Notes under the pieces: generated by a model | The model's database searches: none | The model's input: the letters and a program-made list of their open reading frames with translations, nothing else | Told to the model about the DNA's origin: nothing | Assembly: GCA_039818345.1 (NCBI GenBank) | Contig: JBCBUC010000009.1 | Location: 46,549 to 110,548, forward strand | Length of the DNA: 64,000 nt | Direction of reading: 5' to 3' | DNA from: Pseudomonadota bacterium | GTDB taxonomy: Bacteria > Pseudomonadota > Alphaproteobacteria > Caulobacterales > Parvularculaceae | Shown: piece by piece, positions 1-9,378 of the stretch | Numbering within the stretch: position 1 is the stretch's first letter | Layout of the letters: each line of letters begins with the position of its first letter | Position numbers and translations under genes: made by a program

Positions 1-1036
1 CCTTCACCTCCTCACCCAAGATCGCCTTCTTGGTCTCGACAAAATTGCCAACCTTCGCGCCTTGCCCCAACACGGTCCCCTCGCGCAGACGGGCAAAGGG
101 GCCAGCTGATGCCGTTTTTTCGAGGGTGGTGCCTTCAAGGTGGCTAAACGCCTTGATCTCTGTCTTTGGCGCGAGCGTCACACCGGGGCCAAAGACGACG
201 TTGGGATGGATTACTGCATCTTGGCCAATGACAGTATCGTGAGAAAAATAGACCGTGTCTGGATCAATGAGCGTCACGCCGCTCAGCATCACCTCGCGGC
301 GGCGCCGAGCCTGAAAAATCGCTTCGGCAGCAGCGAGTTCAGTTCGGTCGTTAACACCTAAGACTTCGTCCTCAGACCCAGTGACCGTCGCCAATGCCTC
401 ACCGCCAGCGGAGGCGAGGCCAATAAGATCGGTGAGATAATACTCACCCTTGGCGTTCTCGTTGGTGATTTTGGGCAAGTAGCTGCGCAGCGCACTGCTC
501 GAGATCGCCATCACGCCAGAATTGCAAAGCGTGATGGTCAGCTCTTCAGGACTGGCGTCCTTGGCTTCGACAATGCGCTCAAGCTTTCCATCAGACCCCA
601 GAACAAGCCGCCCATAGGGCCCGGGCGCGTCTGTTTCAAACCCGAGGACGGCAATAGCCGCGCCCGCATCCACGGCGTCTGTAAGTGCCTTCAGTGTCTC
701 AAGCCGCAGAAGCGGCGTATCGCCGTAAAGGACAATGACCGTTCCCTCAAAACCCTCAAGCACAGGCATGCCCGCGCGGACAGCATCACCTGTGCCCTGC
801 GGCGGGTCTTGCACAGCAACTTCTGCCTGCGGATCAAGGGAGCTGAGCGCTTGCTTCACCTGTTCTCCGCCCGTGCCGATCACCACCCCAAGACGCTCCG
901 TACCCAACGCGCGCGCGGTTCTTAGACAATGACCAAGCATGGCAAGATGCCCGATCTTGTGTAGCACCTTTGGGGTCTCCGACCGCATCCGCGTGCCATG
1001 ACCGGCCGCAAGAACAAGACTGGCGATCGCGGGCAT
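1..1036 (-). CDS. glmU: Bifunctional UDP-GlcNAc pyrophosphorylase/glucosamine-1-P acetyltransferase, N-terminal ~345 aa; runs off the left edge
   Basis: Translated by hand (absent from the ORF track because no stop lies in the window). Starts MPAIASLVLAAGHGTRMRSETPKVLHKIG (LAAGxGTRM motif). The same frame reads AKVGNFVETKKAILGEEVK at the edge (hexapeptide region). Confidence 0.95.
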   Translation of the reverse strand, partial: MPAIASLVLAAGHGTRMRSETPKVLHKIGHLAMLGHCLRTARALGTERLGVVIGTGGEQVKQALSSLDPQAEVAVQDPPQGTGDAVRAGMPVLEGFEGTVIVLYGDTPLLRLETLKALTDAVDAGAAIAVLGFETDAPGPYGRLVLGSDGKLERIVEAKDASPEELTITLCNSGVMAISSSALRSYLPKITNENAKGEYYLTDLIGLASAGGEALATVTGSEDEVLGVNDRTELAAAEAIFQARRRREVMLSGVTLIDPDTVYFSHDTVIGQDAVIHPNVVFGPGVTLAPKTEIKAFSHLEGTTLEKTASAGPFARLREGTVLGQGAKVGNFVETKKAILGEEVK

Positions 1037-1147
1037 AAGTCCTCCTTTACCGGTCAGGTCCAGCGCCTAACCCTTTTATCGCGCCATGGGGCGTCACATG
1101 CTGTGAAAGGATGCTACAGCTGCTGGCAAGTGGAGAAAGGCTATCCC

Positions 1148-1819
1148 ATGGGACGATTATCGGGCGCGGTCTGCATCTTCGACCTTGACGGCACCTTGGT
1201 CGATAGCGCGCCTGACCTCTCCGCTTCGCTCAACATTATGCTCGAACGGGCCGGACTTGCGCCGATGCCGCCAGAGGAAACCCGTTCCCAGGTGGGGCAT
1301 GGCGCGCGGGCGTTGATGGCCTTCGCCTATCGAAGGCAGGACAGAGTGTTTCCCGATGGCGCCGAGGCGGACGGGCTGGTCGATGCTTTTGTCGAAGTCT
1401 ATGCGGCGCGGATCGCGGATCTGTCGAGGCCGTTTCCCGGGGTTGTGGACAGCCTTAAAAGGCTCAGCGCGGAAGGCGCGGCGCTCACGGTCTGCACCAA
1501 CAAAAAAGAGGTCTTGGCCAGACCTCTTCTTCAAGAACTTGATTTATTGAAGTATTTTTCGATGGTCATCGGATCGGACACATTGGAGGAACGCAAACCT
1601 TCGCCGTTTCCTCTGCGTCATATCCTTCGCGAAACATCGTCTGATCGTGGGATCATGATTGGTGATACCACGACCGACAGGAACGCGGCAGAGGCCGCTG
1701 GACTTCCGTCTCTCATCGCGACATTTGGCTATGGCCGCGACGGTGAAGACCTTGCAAGCGCAGCTTGGTTTGATTGTTTCGAGGACCTGCCAGACCTCAT
1801 TCTTCAAACCATTGGTTAG
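1148..1819 (+). CDS. gph: HAD-family phosphoglycolate phosphatase
   Basis: FDLDGTLVDS motif I, CTNK, ERKPSP and MIGDTTTD motifs. Start moved from 998 to ATG 1148 because the longer ORF overlaps the glmU start. Confidence 0.85.
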   Translation: MGRLSGAVCIFDLDGTLVDSAPDLSASLNIMLERAGLAPMPPEETRSQVGHGARALMAFAYRRQDRVFPDGAEADGLVDAFVEVYAARIADLSRPFPGVVDSLKRLSAEGAALTVCTNKKEVLARPLLQELDLLKYFSMVIGSDTLEERKPSPFPLRHILRETSSDRGIMIGDTTTDRNAAEAAGLPSLIATFGYGRDGEDLASAAWFDCFEDLPDLILQTIG

Positions 1820-1832
1820 CCGGCGCCGTCTT

Positions 1833-2027
1833 TTAAATGTGAAACTCGTCCCGGCGCGGCATGCCGTTCACCATGTCGCTTCGAACGTCAAAACGTGACG
1901 AACGCATGGTCGAGACGAAACCTTCTTGAACGAGTTTGACGTCGACGTCGTAGCCTTGCTTCTTCCAATATTCCCGGATGAGCGATTGTAGCCGCGAAGC
2001 GCCTTCGTTGGTGCAGTAGTCAGACAT
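1833..2027 (-). CDS. Small hypothetical protein (64 aa)
   Basis: Fills the gap after gph, ATG start, protein-like sequence (YW, FDVRSDMVNGMP). No function recognised. Confidence 0.7.
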   Translation of the reverse strand: MSDYCTNEGASRLQSLIREYWKKQGYDVDVKLVQEGFVSTMRSSRFDVRSDMVNGMPRRDEFHI

Positions 2028-2301
2028 GGCTCAAGCCTCCCTATCAGACAATGAGGGTCATATCCGCTCAAAAGTAAGGTTGTCTACATAAAGATGAAAA
2101 AACTGTTGCTGATTTCGCGCGTAAATAACCATTATTTTCTTTGTGCACTGCAGTATAAACTCGAATGGGATAACATAACACCCTGTTTAATGGTATGTAC
2201 TCCAATCTTCATTAGGCTGGGCTCTTTGTCCTTGACAAACGGCCTATCGGCTTGCCGCTCAAGACTTGACGGCTGATCGCAATAATGGCCACGCGGGGGA
2301 G

Positions 2302-3621
2302 ATGAACGAAAAGCCCCCGATCACGTCTCGCGGCTCCATCTTCCGCTTCGGAAGCGCGACCCTTCGCGGCGGCGTCGCGCGCTTTTCCTTTTCCTGCGAC
2401 CGGTATGGATCGTTTGAAGAAACGGTGGATTTCGGCATCGATGGCGCAGTACCGCAAGGCCTCTTGACGCTGTTGCATGTCGCATTGGGCGTCAGCACCT
2501 ATAAAGCGGCGGCTGCACAGGAGATCGTGCTTCCGCCCTTAACCCCTGCGGGCCGGTCCATGGCGGAGGCGCTTTATACCCATGGCCTTGCGGAATTTTT
2601 CGTGCGGAGCGGCCTGCCCTATCCCGCCGAAACCTTTTTTCGCGGTGACGTTATCGAGGCAGAGGAAGGGGACCTTCGCTGGGACGGCACACCGCTCGTT
2701 GCCTTTGGCGGGGGCAAAGACAGCTATGTGGCGGGTCAAATTGTTAAGCGGGCCCTTGGACAGGCGCCCCGATTTTCATCCGTTGTTCTGTCGGACGCTG
2801 TCGCCAACACCCTTGCCGCCACCGCGCCCTCCGATCTTCTCTTTATCAAGCGATCCTTGGACCCACGGCTCTTCCGTCTCGAAGGCGCCTTTTCAGGTCA
2901 TGTCCCCATCACCGCAATGAATATCCTGGTGATGACGATTGCGAGCCATCTCAGAGGCCTTGGACCCGTGATCTTCGCCAATGAGCGGTCCGCCGACGAG
3001 CCGACGATGTCGGTCGATGGCATTCCGGCCAATCATCAATACTCAAAATCATCTGCCTTTGAAGAGTGTCTTCGGGCGGCTGTCGCAGAAGCCGCACCCG
3101 GGGCGCCCGCCAGTTTTTCGATTTTACGTCCCTATTCGGAGCTTTGGATTGGCCGCGTTTTTTCAACAGTCACCGATGCCTTCCCTCGCTTTACCAGTTG
3201 CAATAAAAATTTTCGCCTGGCGGGTGACGCGAGCCAGCGGTGGTGCGGTAGCTGCGCGAAATGCGCCTTCACTTCGTTGATCCTCGCACCTTACATCACC
3301 AAGAACGAGGGCAAAGAAATCTTTGGGCGGACCATGCTCAACCTCGATAGTCTACAGCCCCTCTATCGGGAACTTTTAGGCCTGGCTGATCACAAGCCCT
3401 GGGACTGTGTTGGCACGATCGACGAGTGCCAAGCAGCGCTTTACCTTGCATCCCGCTCTGATGCGTGGCGGGAAACCAAAGCTATCGAAACACTGATGCC
3501 CGAGCTTCTCCTGCGGAAAACAGAAGAGCAGCTGCAAAACCAGGTCGACGCAGCCTTAAAACCCCTCGCGCGCGGCACTGTGCCGTCCTTATTTTATGAG
3601 GCGGCGAGGTCAGTGGCATGA
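2302..3621 (+). CDS. murL: UDP-MurNAc-L-Ala-L-Glu epimerase (MurL family)
   Basis: Motifs FGGGKDS, GHVPIT, ANERSA, NHQYSKS, FTSCNKNFR, WCGSCAKC and KPWDCVG. Coupled to a murD paralogue (ATGA overlap). ATG 2302 follows a GGGGGAG SD. Confidence 0.85.
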   Translation: MNEKPPITSRGSIFRFGSATLRGGVARFSFSCDRYGSFEETVDFGIDGAVPQGLLTLLHVALGVSTYKAAAAQEIVLPPLTPAGRSMAEALYTHGLAEFFVRSGLPYPAETFFRGDVIEAEEGDLRWDGTPLVAFGGGKDSYVAGQIVKRALGQAPRFSSVVLSDAVANTLAATAPSDLLFIKRSLDPRLFRLEGAFSGHVPITAMNILVMTIASHLRGLGPVIFANERSADEPTMSVDGIPANHQYSKSSAFEECLRAAVAEAAPGAPASFSILRPYSELWIGRVFSTVTDAFPRFTSCNKNFRLAGDASQRWCGSCAKCAFTSLILAPYITKNEGKEIFGRTMLNLDSLQPLYRELLGLADHKPWDCVGTIDECQAALYLASRSDAWRETKAIETLMPELLLRKTEEQLQNQVDAALKPLARGTVPSLFYEAARSVA

Positions 3622-4886
3622 CCACGATCCTCCTCCATGGCGCGGGAAAGGAGGCAGCGGCCGCCGCAGCCCATTTCGCAGGGCAAGGCATCACGCCGCT
3701 TCTTTATGTGGATGGTAAGGGTGATATCATCGGCACCAAGAGTGTGACGCTTGAAGAGGCGCTCAATGCCCTGACCGGCGCGCTTTACCTACGATCGCCT
3801 GGCGTCAAACCCGATAACCCTCTTGCCGCAGAGGCGGGTCAGAGGGCTGAGCTCGCGACCACCCCCACCGGATACTGGCTTCAAGAACACGCTCCGGCCG
3901 GCACCATCACCGTAACGGGCACGAAGGGAAAGAGCACAACCACGGCCCTCTTGACCGCGCTTCTCCAAGCGGCAGGAATTGAAAGCAACGCCTACGGAAA
4001 TATTGGTTCTCCACCGCTCAACACAACACCCGTCACCGAAAGCCATCCTGTCGTGGAGGTCTCCTCCTACATGATGCATGATTTGCCGGAAACGGATCAC
4101 CTTCATGTTGTCACATCGCTGTTTAAAGAGCACACCGATTGGCACGGGAGCGAAGAGGCATACCGCTCCGCCAAGTTACGGCCTTTTCGGCGAGACCGAC
4201 CTGCAAGGGGCGTGGCACCACGCGCGGTGATCGAACAAGAAGCCCTTCCGCCCTCGGTTTTTTCTGCCGAAGACCGTGTACGCGACGACGGACATGGTTT
4301 TCTGATCGGCAGCACAAAGATCGATACGGGATCACGGACCCTTGGCTTCCACGAGGGGCCGCTGCGCGCCGCGTTGCGCTTGAGCCTTGCTGCAGCATCA
4401 GAGATCGTTTCAGCCCAGGACCTCGTTGATGCGACCAGGCAAACGGTTTCCGCCTGGCGCGGATTACCGTCTCGCCAATATATTCTGCCAACGTCGGATG
4501 ACCGCGTTTGGGTTGACGATGCCCTGGCGACGATCCCAGAGGCAACGATCGCAGCGCTCGACCGATTTTGTGACCGTTCTGTACGCCTAATCGTGGGCGG
4601 CGCGGATCGAGGTCAGGATTTCAGGGGCTTACTGGAAGCGCTCGAGGCGCGCAACGATCACTATGCGTTCGCTTTTGGGCCTATCTCGCCAAAGCTCCAA
4701 TCACTGAAGGTCGCGCATATGACCAGTTTTGAAGCGGCCATCAAGGAAGCAGCAGCATGTTGCCCCGCGGATGGGGTCATTTTGTTTTCGCCGAGTGCTC
4801 CGTCATCGGCGCCGTTTCACAATTTTGAAGAACGCTCTTCTCTGTTCGCCTCTGCTTCTCGTTCAGCACACACCCCTTCGTCGTGA
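3618..4886 (+). CDS. murD2: UDP-MurNAc-L-Ala:L-Glu ligase (MurD2-type Mur ligase)
   Basis: VTGTKGKSTT P-loop, GNIG, VEVSSY, EHTDWH, GGADRG. Canonical NDSKATN is replaced by DDALATIP and SPACAS by SPSAPS. Adjacent to murL. Confidence 0.8.
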   Translation: MTTILLHGAGKEAAAAAAHFAGQGITPLLYVDGKGDIIGTKSVTLEEALNALTGALYLRSPGVKPDNPLAAEAGQRAELATTPTGYWLQEHAPAGTITVTGTKGKSTTTALLTALLQAAGIESNAYGNIGSPPLNTTPVTESHPVVEVSSYMMHDLPETDHLHVVTSLFKEHTDWHGSEEAYRSAKLRPFRRDRPARGVAPRAVIEQEALPPSVFSAEDRVRDDGHGFLIGSTKIDTGSRTLGFHEGPLRAALRLSLAAASEIVSAQDLVDATRQTVSAWRGLPSRQYILPTSDDRVWVDDALATIPEATIAALDRFCDRSVRLIVGGADRGQDFRGLLEALEARNDHYAFAFGPISPKLQSLKVAHMTSFEAAIKEAAACCPADGVILFSPSAPSSAPFHNFEERSSLFASASRSAHTPSS

Positions 4887-5881
4887 TCGAGTGGCCGCAA
4901 ACGTGGTCGGCGACGGATTAGATCCAATGGTGACCACGCCATCCATTTCATCAAAGATCCAACAGACACTTTGCGGGCTTTTTGGAGAGAACGCCGATCA
5001 AAAGTGAACCGCGGGAGCCCACCATAGCCGTCAACCATAGCCCGCCAATACGCCTTCACGGTCCCGTTAAGCACAGAACGAACAAACATCACGCCGTTGA
5101 ACAGGAGATGGAAGGGCAACATCATCCAATAGACTGCACTCGGAAAATTCTTATACGCTAACCAAATACGGTTTCGGTGACCATGATAGACAGTAAAGTC
5201 GCTACTCCTTCCCGTGACGCCCGACCCCTCATGAAGGACAATCGCATCGCGCAATTGGATCGAGTGCCCGCCCGCCAAACGCAAGCGAAACCCCAAATCG
5301 ACGTCCTCGCCATAACAAAAAAAGCGCTCATCGAATCCACCAAGAATTTGAAATATAGACCTCTTATAGAGTGCAGCCGCAGCGCATGGCGCAAAACACT
5401 CCCCACTCGGAAGCACTTTGTCCGTTGGCCAACCAAATCCGCCACGATACGCGATCCCCAAGAGATGCATCACATCTCCCATGCCATCAAGGCGCGTTTC
5501 ATCGATCGCATCGATCTGCAGCGAGCCAAAAGCATCGGTCTGCGGATTTTCCCCAGTCGCGATTATTAATCGCTCAAGCCAGTCAGGATAAGCATAAGCG
5601 TCGGGGTTCAGGAAAGCGACCCAGGGGCTTTGTGTTTGCGCGACGGCAAGGTTGTTCGCCGCAGCAAAGCCAAGATTACTACCAGCATCGATCAGTTCAA
5701 CACCAAGCCCGACCTTTTGCGCGTAGGTCGCGATTGTCTGCCGCACGTTCTCCTCGATGGAGCCGTTTTCGACGACAAGCACGTTAAAATCATTATACGT
5801 CTGTTTTGATAATGCCTCAAGACAACGCGCCAAGCGATCGCCTGCATGATAATGGACGATGACAACGCAGACATTCGGCAT
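4817..5881 (-). CDS. Glycosyltransferase family 2
   Basis: VVIVHY, NLGFAAANN, FLNPDA (DxD-like), FDERFFCYGEDVDLG. Start moved to ATG 5881. Confidence 0.9.
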   Translation of the reverse strand: MPNVCVVIVHYHAGDRLARCLEALSKQTYNDFNVLVVENGSIEENVRQTIATYAQKVGLGVELIDAGSNLGFAAANNLAVAQTQSPWVAFLNPDAYAYPDWLERLIIATGENPQTDAFGSLQIDAIDETRLDGMGDVMHLLGIAYRGGFGWPTDKVLPSGECFAPCAAAALYKRSIFQILGGFDERFFCYGEDVDLGFRLRLAGGHSIQLRDAIVLHEGSGVTGRSSDFTVYHGHRNRIWLAYKNFPSAVYWMMLPFHLLFNGVMFVRSVLNGTVKAYWRAMVDGYGGLPRFTFDRRSLQKARKVSVGSLMKWMAWSPLDLIRRRPRLRPLDHDEGVCAEREAEANREERSSKL

Positions 5882-5947
5882 AATGCTTTTGGACTTTCGC
5901 TGGTGCGGATTGATACCCAGCCCAATCATTACCGCGAAATCGATCCA

Positions 5948-7255
5948 CTATGGAAGGCGGTCGCGAAGAGAATAATAAGCCATGCCAAGCGCCAGCAGCG
6001 GAAGCCGGAGGGCAGCGCCCCCTGGAAAGGCCGTTGTGGGAACCCTTTCCATCAAAGAGAAACGTTCGGCCGAACCTGCGATCGCGTCGGCCCCCAGGGA
6101 ACCTGCGAGGGTCGCTAGCGCAACACCATGACCAGAATACCCGCCCATGGTCAGAATACGGTGAGATAACCACTCAAAATGCGGCATACGGTTCATCGTG
6201 ACACCCACGACCCCGCCCCAGCCATAATCGACCCGCACCTTTTCCATCTGCGGGTAAATGCGCAGCATGGCCGCGCGCACATAAGACTTGACGTCTTGCG
6301 GAAAACGGTAGCGATAACTCTCTCGCCCTCCCCACAGCATACGCTTGTCCGAAGACAGACGGTAGTAGTTGATCACAAAGTTGGAATCAGCGATCGCGGC
6401 ATTATTACTGATCAGTGATTGCGCGAGATCATCATCGAGCGGTTCAGTAGCGATTACAAAGTTATTGATCGGCATGACACGATCAGCAGTGTGCTTGTTT
6501 AATCCACCAACATAACCGTTTGCTGCGAGCACGACGTGGTCAGCCGTAACCTGCCCACCATCTGTCTTCACAACGACCTTGTTGGATTCTTGGATATCGA
6601 GGGCTTGCGATTGTTCAAAGAATGTAACCCCGTGGTCGCGACAGGCTTTGGCAAGCCCAACAGCGTAACGAAGCGGGTGGAGATGCCCTGCCCCGACGTC
6701 AAGCGTTCCATTAAAATAGGCGTCAGTGGCTAAAATCTCGCGAAGCTCGTCTTCGGGCACGAAAGATATATGCTCATAGCCGTATTCGGATCGTAGAAAG
6801 TCGACATATTGCTCTGTCTCATGACCAAAGCGGCGTCGATGATTGACCTCCATAACACCCGATTGATAATCGCAGTCGATCGAATACTGATCGATCATTT
6901 TTGCAACCAGTTGTTTCGCCTCCTGACCTAAAAACCAGAGCTTGCGCGCATCTTCCGGCCCCACCATATCAGCAAGTGATTGCTGATCAACACGCTGGCC
7001 CGATCCCACCTGGCCGCCATTGCGCCCCGACGCACCCCAACCAATCCGGTGAGCATCGAGAATAGCCACATTGTATCCGCGTTGCGCAAGATGAAGCGCC
7101 GTGGAGAGTCCGCAAAACCCGGCGCCGATGATGCAAACATCCGCCTTATGTTCCCCCTTCAGCACGGGAAATGGTGGTAGTGGATCGGCGCTAGCTAGGT
7201 AATAGGAGTTTGGATACTCGCCTTTTTTTTCGTTTGCATAAAGTACATTGATCAT
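5948..7255 (-). CDS. FAD-dependent oxidoreductase, PuuB/gamma-glutamyl-amine oxidase-like (copy 1)
   Basis: NSYY N-terminus, IIGAGFCGL, GWGASGRNGG, YYRLS, GYSGHGVA. In an operon with a GS-like ligase and a GATase. Confidence 0.85.
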   Translation of the reverse strand: MINVLYANEKKGEYPNSYYLASADPLPPFPVLKGEHKADVCIIGAGFCGLSTALHLAQRGYNVAILDAHRIGWGASGRNGGQVGSGQRVDQQSLADMVGPEDARKLWFLGQEAKQLVAKMIDQYSIDCDYQSGVMEVNHRRRFGHETEQYVDFLRSEYGYEHISFVPEDELREILATDAYFNGTLDVGAGHLHPLRYAVGLAKACRDHGVTFFEQSQALDIQESNKVVVKTDGGQVTADHVVLAANGYVGGLNKHTADRVMPINNFVIATEPLDDDLAQSLISNNAAIADSNFVINYYRLSSDKRMLWGGRESYRYRFPQDVKSYVRAAMLRIYPQMEKVRVDYGWGGVVGVTMNRMPHFEWLSHRILTMGGYSGHGVALATLAGSLGADAIAGSAERFSLMERVPTTAFPGGAALRLPLLALGMAYYSLRDRLP

Positions 7256-7271
7256 CGGCGCCTTCTCCGGT

Positions 7272-7991
7272 TCAGTCGCTGATGAACTCGAAGATCATCT
7301 CTTGGATCAGGTCAGCATTGATCTTTGTCTTCAAAGACGCAAGCGCCTGATCGGCCTGTTCGTCGGTCAGAACAATGCCCCGCCGCGCCTCTGCCAATTC
7401 CTCTGTGTACGCCTTGGTGAACTCTGGATGCGCCTGAAACGTCAGCACACGATCTCCGTATCGCAAGCCAGCGATCGGGCAAAAATCAGATGACGCGATC
7501 GTTTCAGCTTGGGCTGGCGCTCTTATCACTTGGTCTTGGTGCCACGCATAAAGAGCGATGTCTTGCGTCTGTCCATTTGCTCCTTGCAACGTATAGTGCA
7601 TCGCGCCAGCGCCAAAGCCTTTGTCGCTTTTTTCGACCTCGCCGCCGAGGGCCTGGGCAATGATCTGATGGCCAAAACAGACGCCGACCATCTTTTTGCC
7701 GCTGTCATAGATCTGACGGATCAACTCCTCAAGCGGAGCGATCCAAGCATGATCTTCATAGACACCAAATTTTGATCCTGTGACAACGAAGACATCATAT
7801 TCCGTGATATCGTCGGGAAACTCTCCGTCTAGGATCGCAAATGTATCGGCGTCATCAGGCGCGCGACCCATGAGAGCCTTGCACATATCGTCATAATCGC
7901 CGTGCCGCTCCTCCGAACCCGGCACAGACCGCCCCGTTTGAAGGACAGCCATCCGTTGAGACGAGGTGCCATTCATCTTCACAAGTTCCAT
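7272..7991 (-). CDS. Class I glutamine amidotransferase-like hydrolase (probable gamma-glutamyl-amide hydrolase)
   Basis: Catalytic triad GVCFGHQ ... FQAHPEF, TGS motif. ATG overlaps the upstream stop (TGATG). Confidence 0.85.
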   Translation of the reverse strand: MELVKMNGTSSQRMAVLQTGRSVPGSEERHGDYDDMCKALMGRAPDDADTFAILDGEFPDDITEYDVFVVTGSKFGVYEDHAWIAPLEELIRQIYDSGKKMVGVCFGHQIIAQALGGEVEKSDKGFGAGAMHYTLQGANGQTQDIALYAWHQDQVIRAPAQAETIASSDFCPIAGLRYGDRVLTFQAHPEFTKAYTEELAEARRGIVLTDEQADQALASLKTKINADLIQEMIFEFISD

Positions 7992-9346
7992 CAAACCGTC
8001 CCCAGATAAGCTTCGTACTCTGTCAGCGGCACCATCTCAGCAAACGTATCATATTCCTGTCGTTTGCAGGCAGCGTAGACGTCATGCAGCAATGGATTGA
8101 AAACGTCCCGCATCCCATTTGACGTCGCAAACGCTTGGATGGCTCCCAACCAGGTGGTCGGCAATGTTGGTAGACCACTCGCATAGGCGTTGCCTTGCAG
8201 GGGGGCTTGCGGTTCGATTTTTTGTTCAACCCCGTCGATAAGAGCGCCCATGATTGCTGCCAGGACGAGGTAAGGGTTTGCATCCGCGCCCGCCACTCGA
8301 TGCTCAAGACGGCGGGCCTTATGATCACTGCTTGGTATACGGATCGATGCCGTTCGATTGTCATACCCCCACGATACCGTGGTCGGCGCGTGCGTTCCTT
8401 CACGCAGACGCCGATAAGAATTCGCGTGGGGAGCAAAGACGAGCATCGATGCCGGCAAAGCCTTCAATATGCCGCCGACGGCATGGCGTAAGGTATCAGA
8501 ACCATCTTCCGCGCCATTATCGAACAGATTGGCGCCAACACTATCGAGGACACTGATATGGGTATGCAGTCCGTTTCCGCACTGATCACCAAAAGGCTTC
8601 GCCATGAAGGTTGCGCCAACACCGTGCTGGCGAGCCACGTCCTTGACGATGTACTTTAAGCGTTGAGCGTCATCGGCGGCGCGCAACGCGTCGGGGCGAT
8701 GATCAAGATTGATTTCGAACTGACCACATCCACCTTCTGAAACAATGGCGCCTACCGGAATATCTGCCTTTTGACATACCGTATAGATATCGTCGAGAAT
8801 TTGATCGCTGTCTTTCAACTCATCGATCGAATACATCGCGTTAACCGATGACGACCGAAAAAGACCCGGGGCCTGCGTATGATCGCCGCCAGAAAGGTTA
8901 TAGAAGCAAAACTCCATTTCCATGGCGCAGACGGCGGTCCACCCACGATCGCTGTATCGTTTGCACACGGAAGCGAGCGCATGACGAGGGTCGGCTTCGT
9001 AAGGCGCGCCATCCGCGCGGTGCATCCACAGGGGCATGAGCTCTGATCGAGCCCGTTCATGATGCAAAACCGGCGCCTGTTCAGAAATTGGCAGCAACAC
9101 ACCATCAACATCGCCGGTTTCCAGGATCTGTCCGCTACCGATCACGTCCCTGCCCCAAATATCAAGAAAAAGGGTAGCGAGCGGAAGTTTCATCTTCCCC
9201 CTTTTGAGCGCCTCGATTTCGGATGGAGGCAGTCTTTTGCCGCGGTAGACACCGTTCAGGTCACAGACCACCGCATAGAGGCTGGGAGTGCGTCCCTGCC
9301 TAGCCGTATATTCTAGACTGTCCTTATCGGCTTCCGTTTCTTGCAT
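7991..9346 (-). CDS. Glutamine synthetase-like gamma-glutamyl-amine ligase (PuuA/PauA-like), copy 1
   Basis: DLNGVYRGK, EMEF, EGGCGQFEIN, FMAKPF, GNGLHTH, WGYDNRT, EHRVAGADANPY. Confidence 0.9.
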   Translation of the reverse strand: MQETEADKDSLEYTARQGRTPSLYAVVCDLNGVYRGKRLPPSEIEALKRGKMKLPLATLFLDIWGRDVIGSGQILETGDVDGVLLPISEQAPVLHHERARSELMPLWMHRADGAPYEADPRHALASVCKRYSDRGWTAVCAMEMEFCFYNLSGGDHTQAPGLFRSSSVNAMYSIDELKDSDQILDDIYTVCQKADIPVGAIVSEGGCGQFEINLDHRPDALRAADDAQRLKYIVKDVARQHGVGATFMAKPFGDQCGNGLHTHISVLDSVGANLFDNGAEDGSDTLRHAVGGILKALPASMLVFAPHANSYRRLREGTHAPTTVSWGYDNRTASIRIPSSDHKARRLEHRVAGADANPYLVLAAIMGALIDGVEQKIEPQAPLQGNAYASGLPTLPTTWLGAIQAFATSNGMRDVFNPLLHDVYAACKRQEYDTFAEMVPLTEYEAYLGTV

Positions 9347-9378
9347 AACGCTCCATCAATCGAGGACACAGCAGACGA

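Noticed and set aside
2176-2190. CtrA-like box in the AT-rich intergenic region
   Set aside because: Only one TTAA half-site fits. The other half needs a register shift.
4817-4886. 70-bp convergent overlap of murD2 and the GT2 gene as a regulatory feature
   Set aside because: Both C-terminal tails are low-information extensions, so stop-codon drift explains it.
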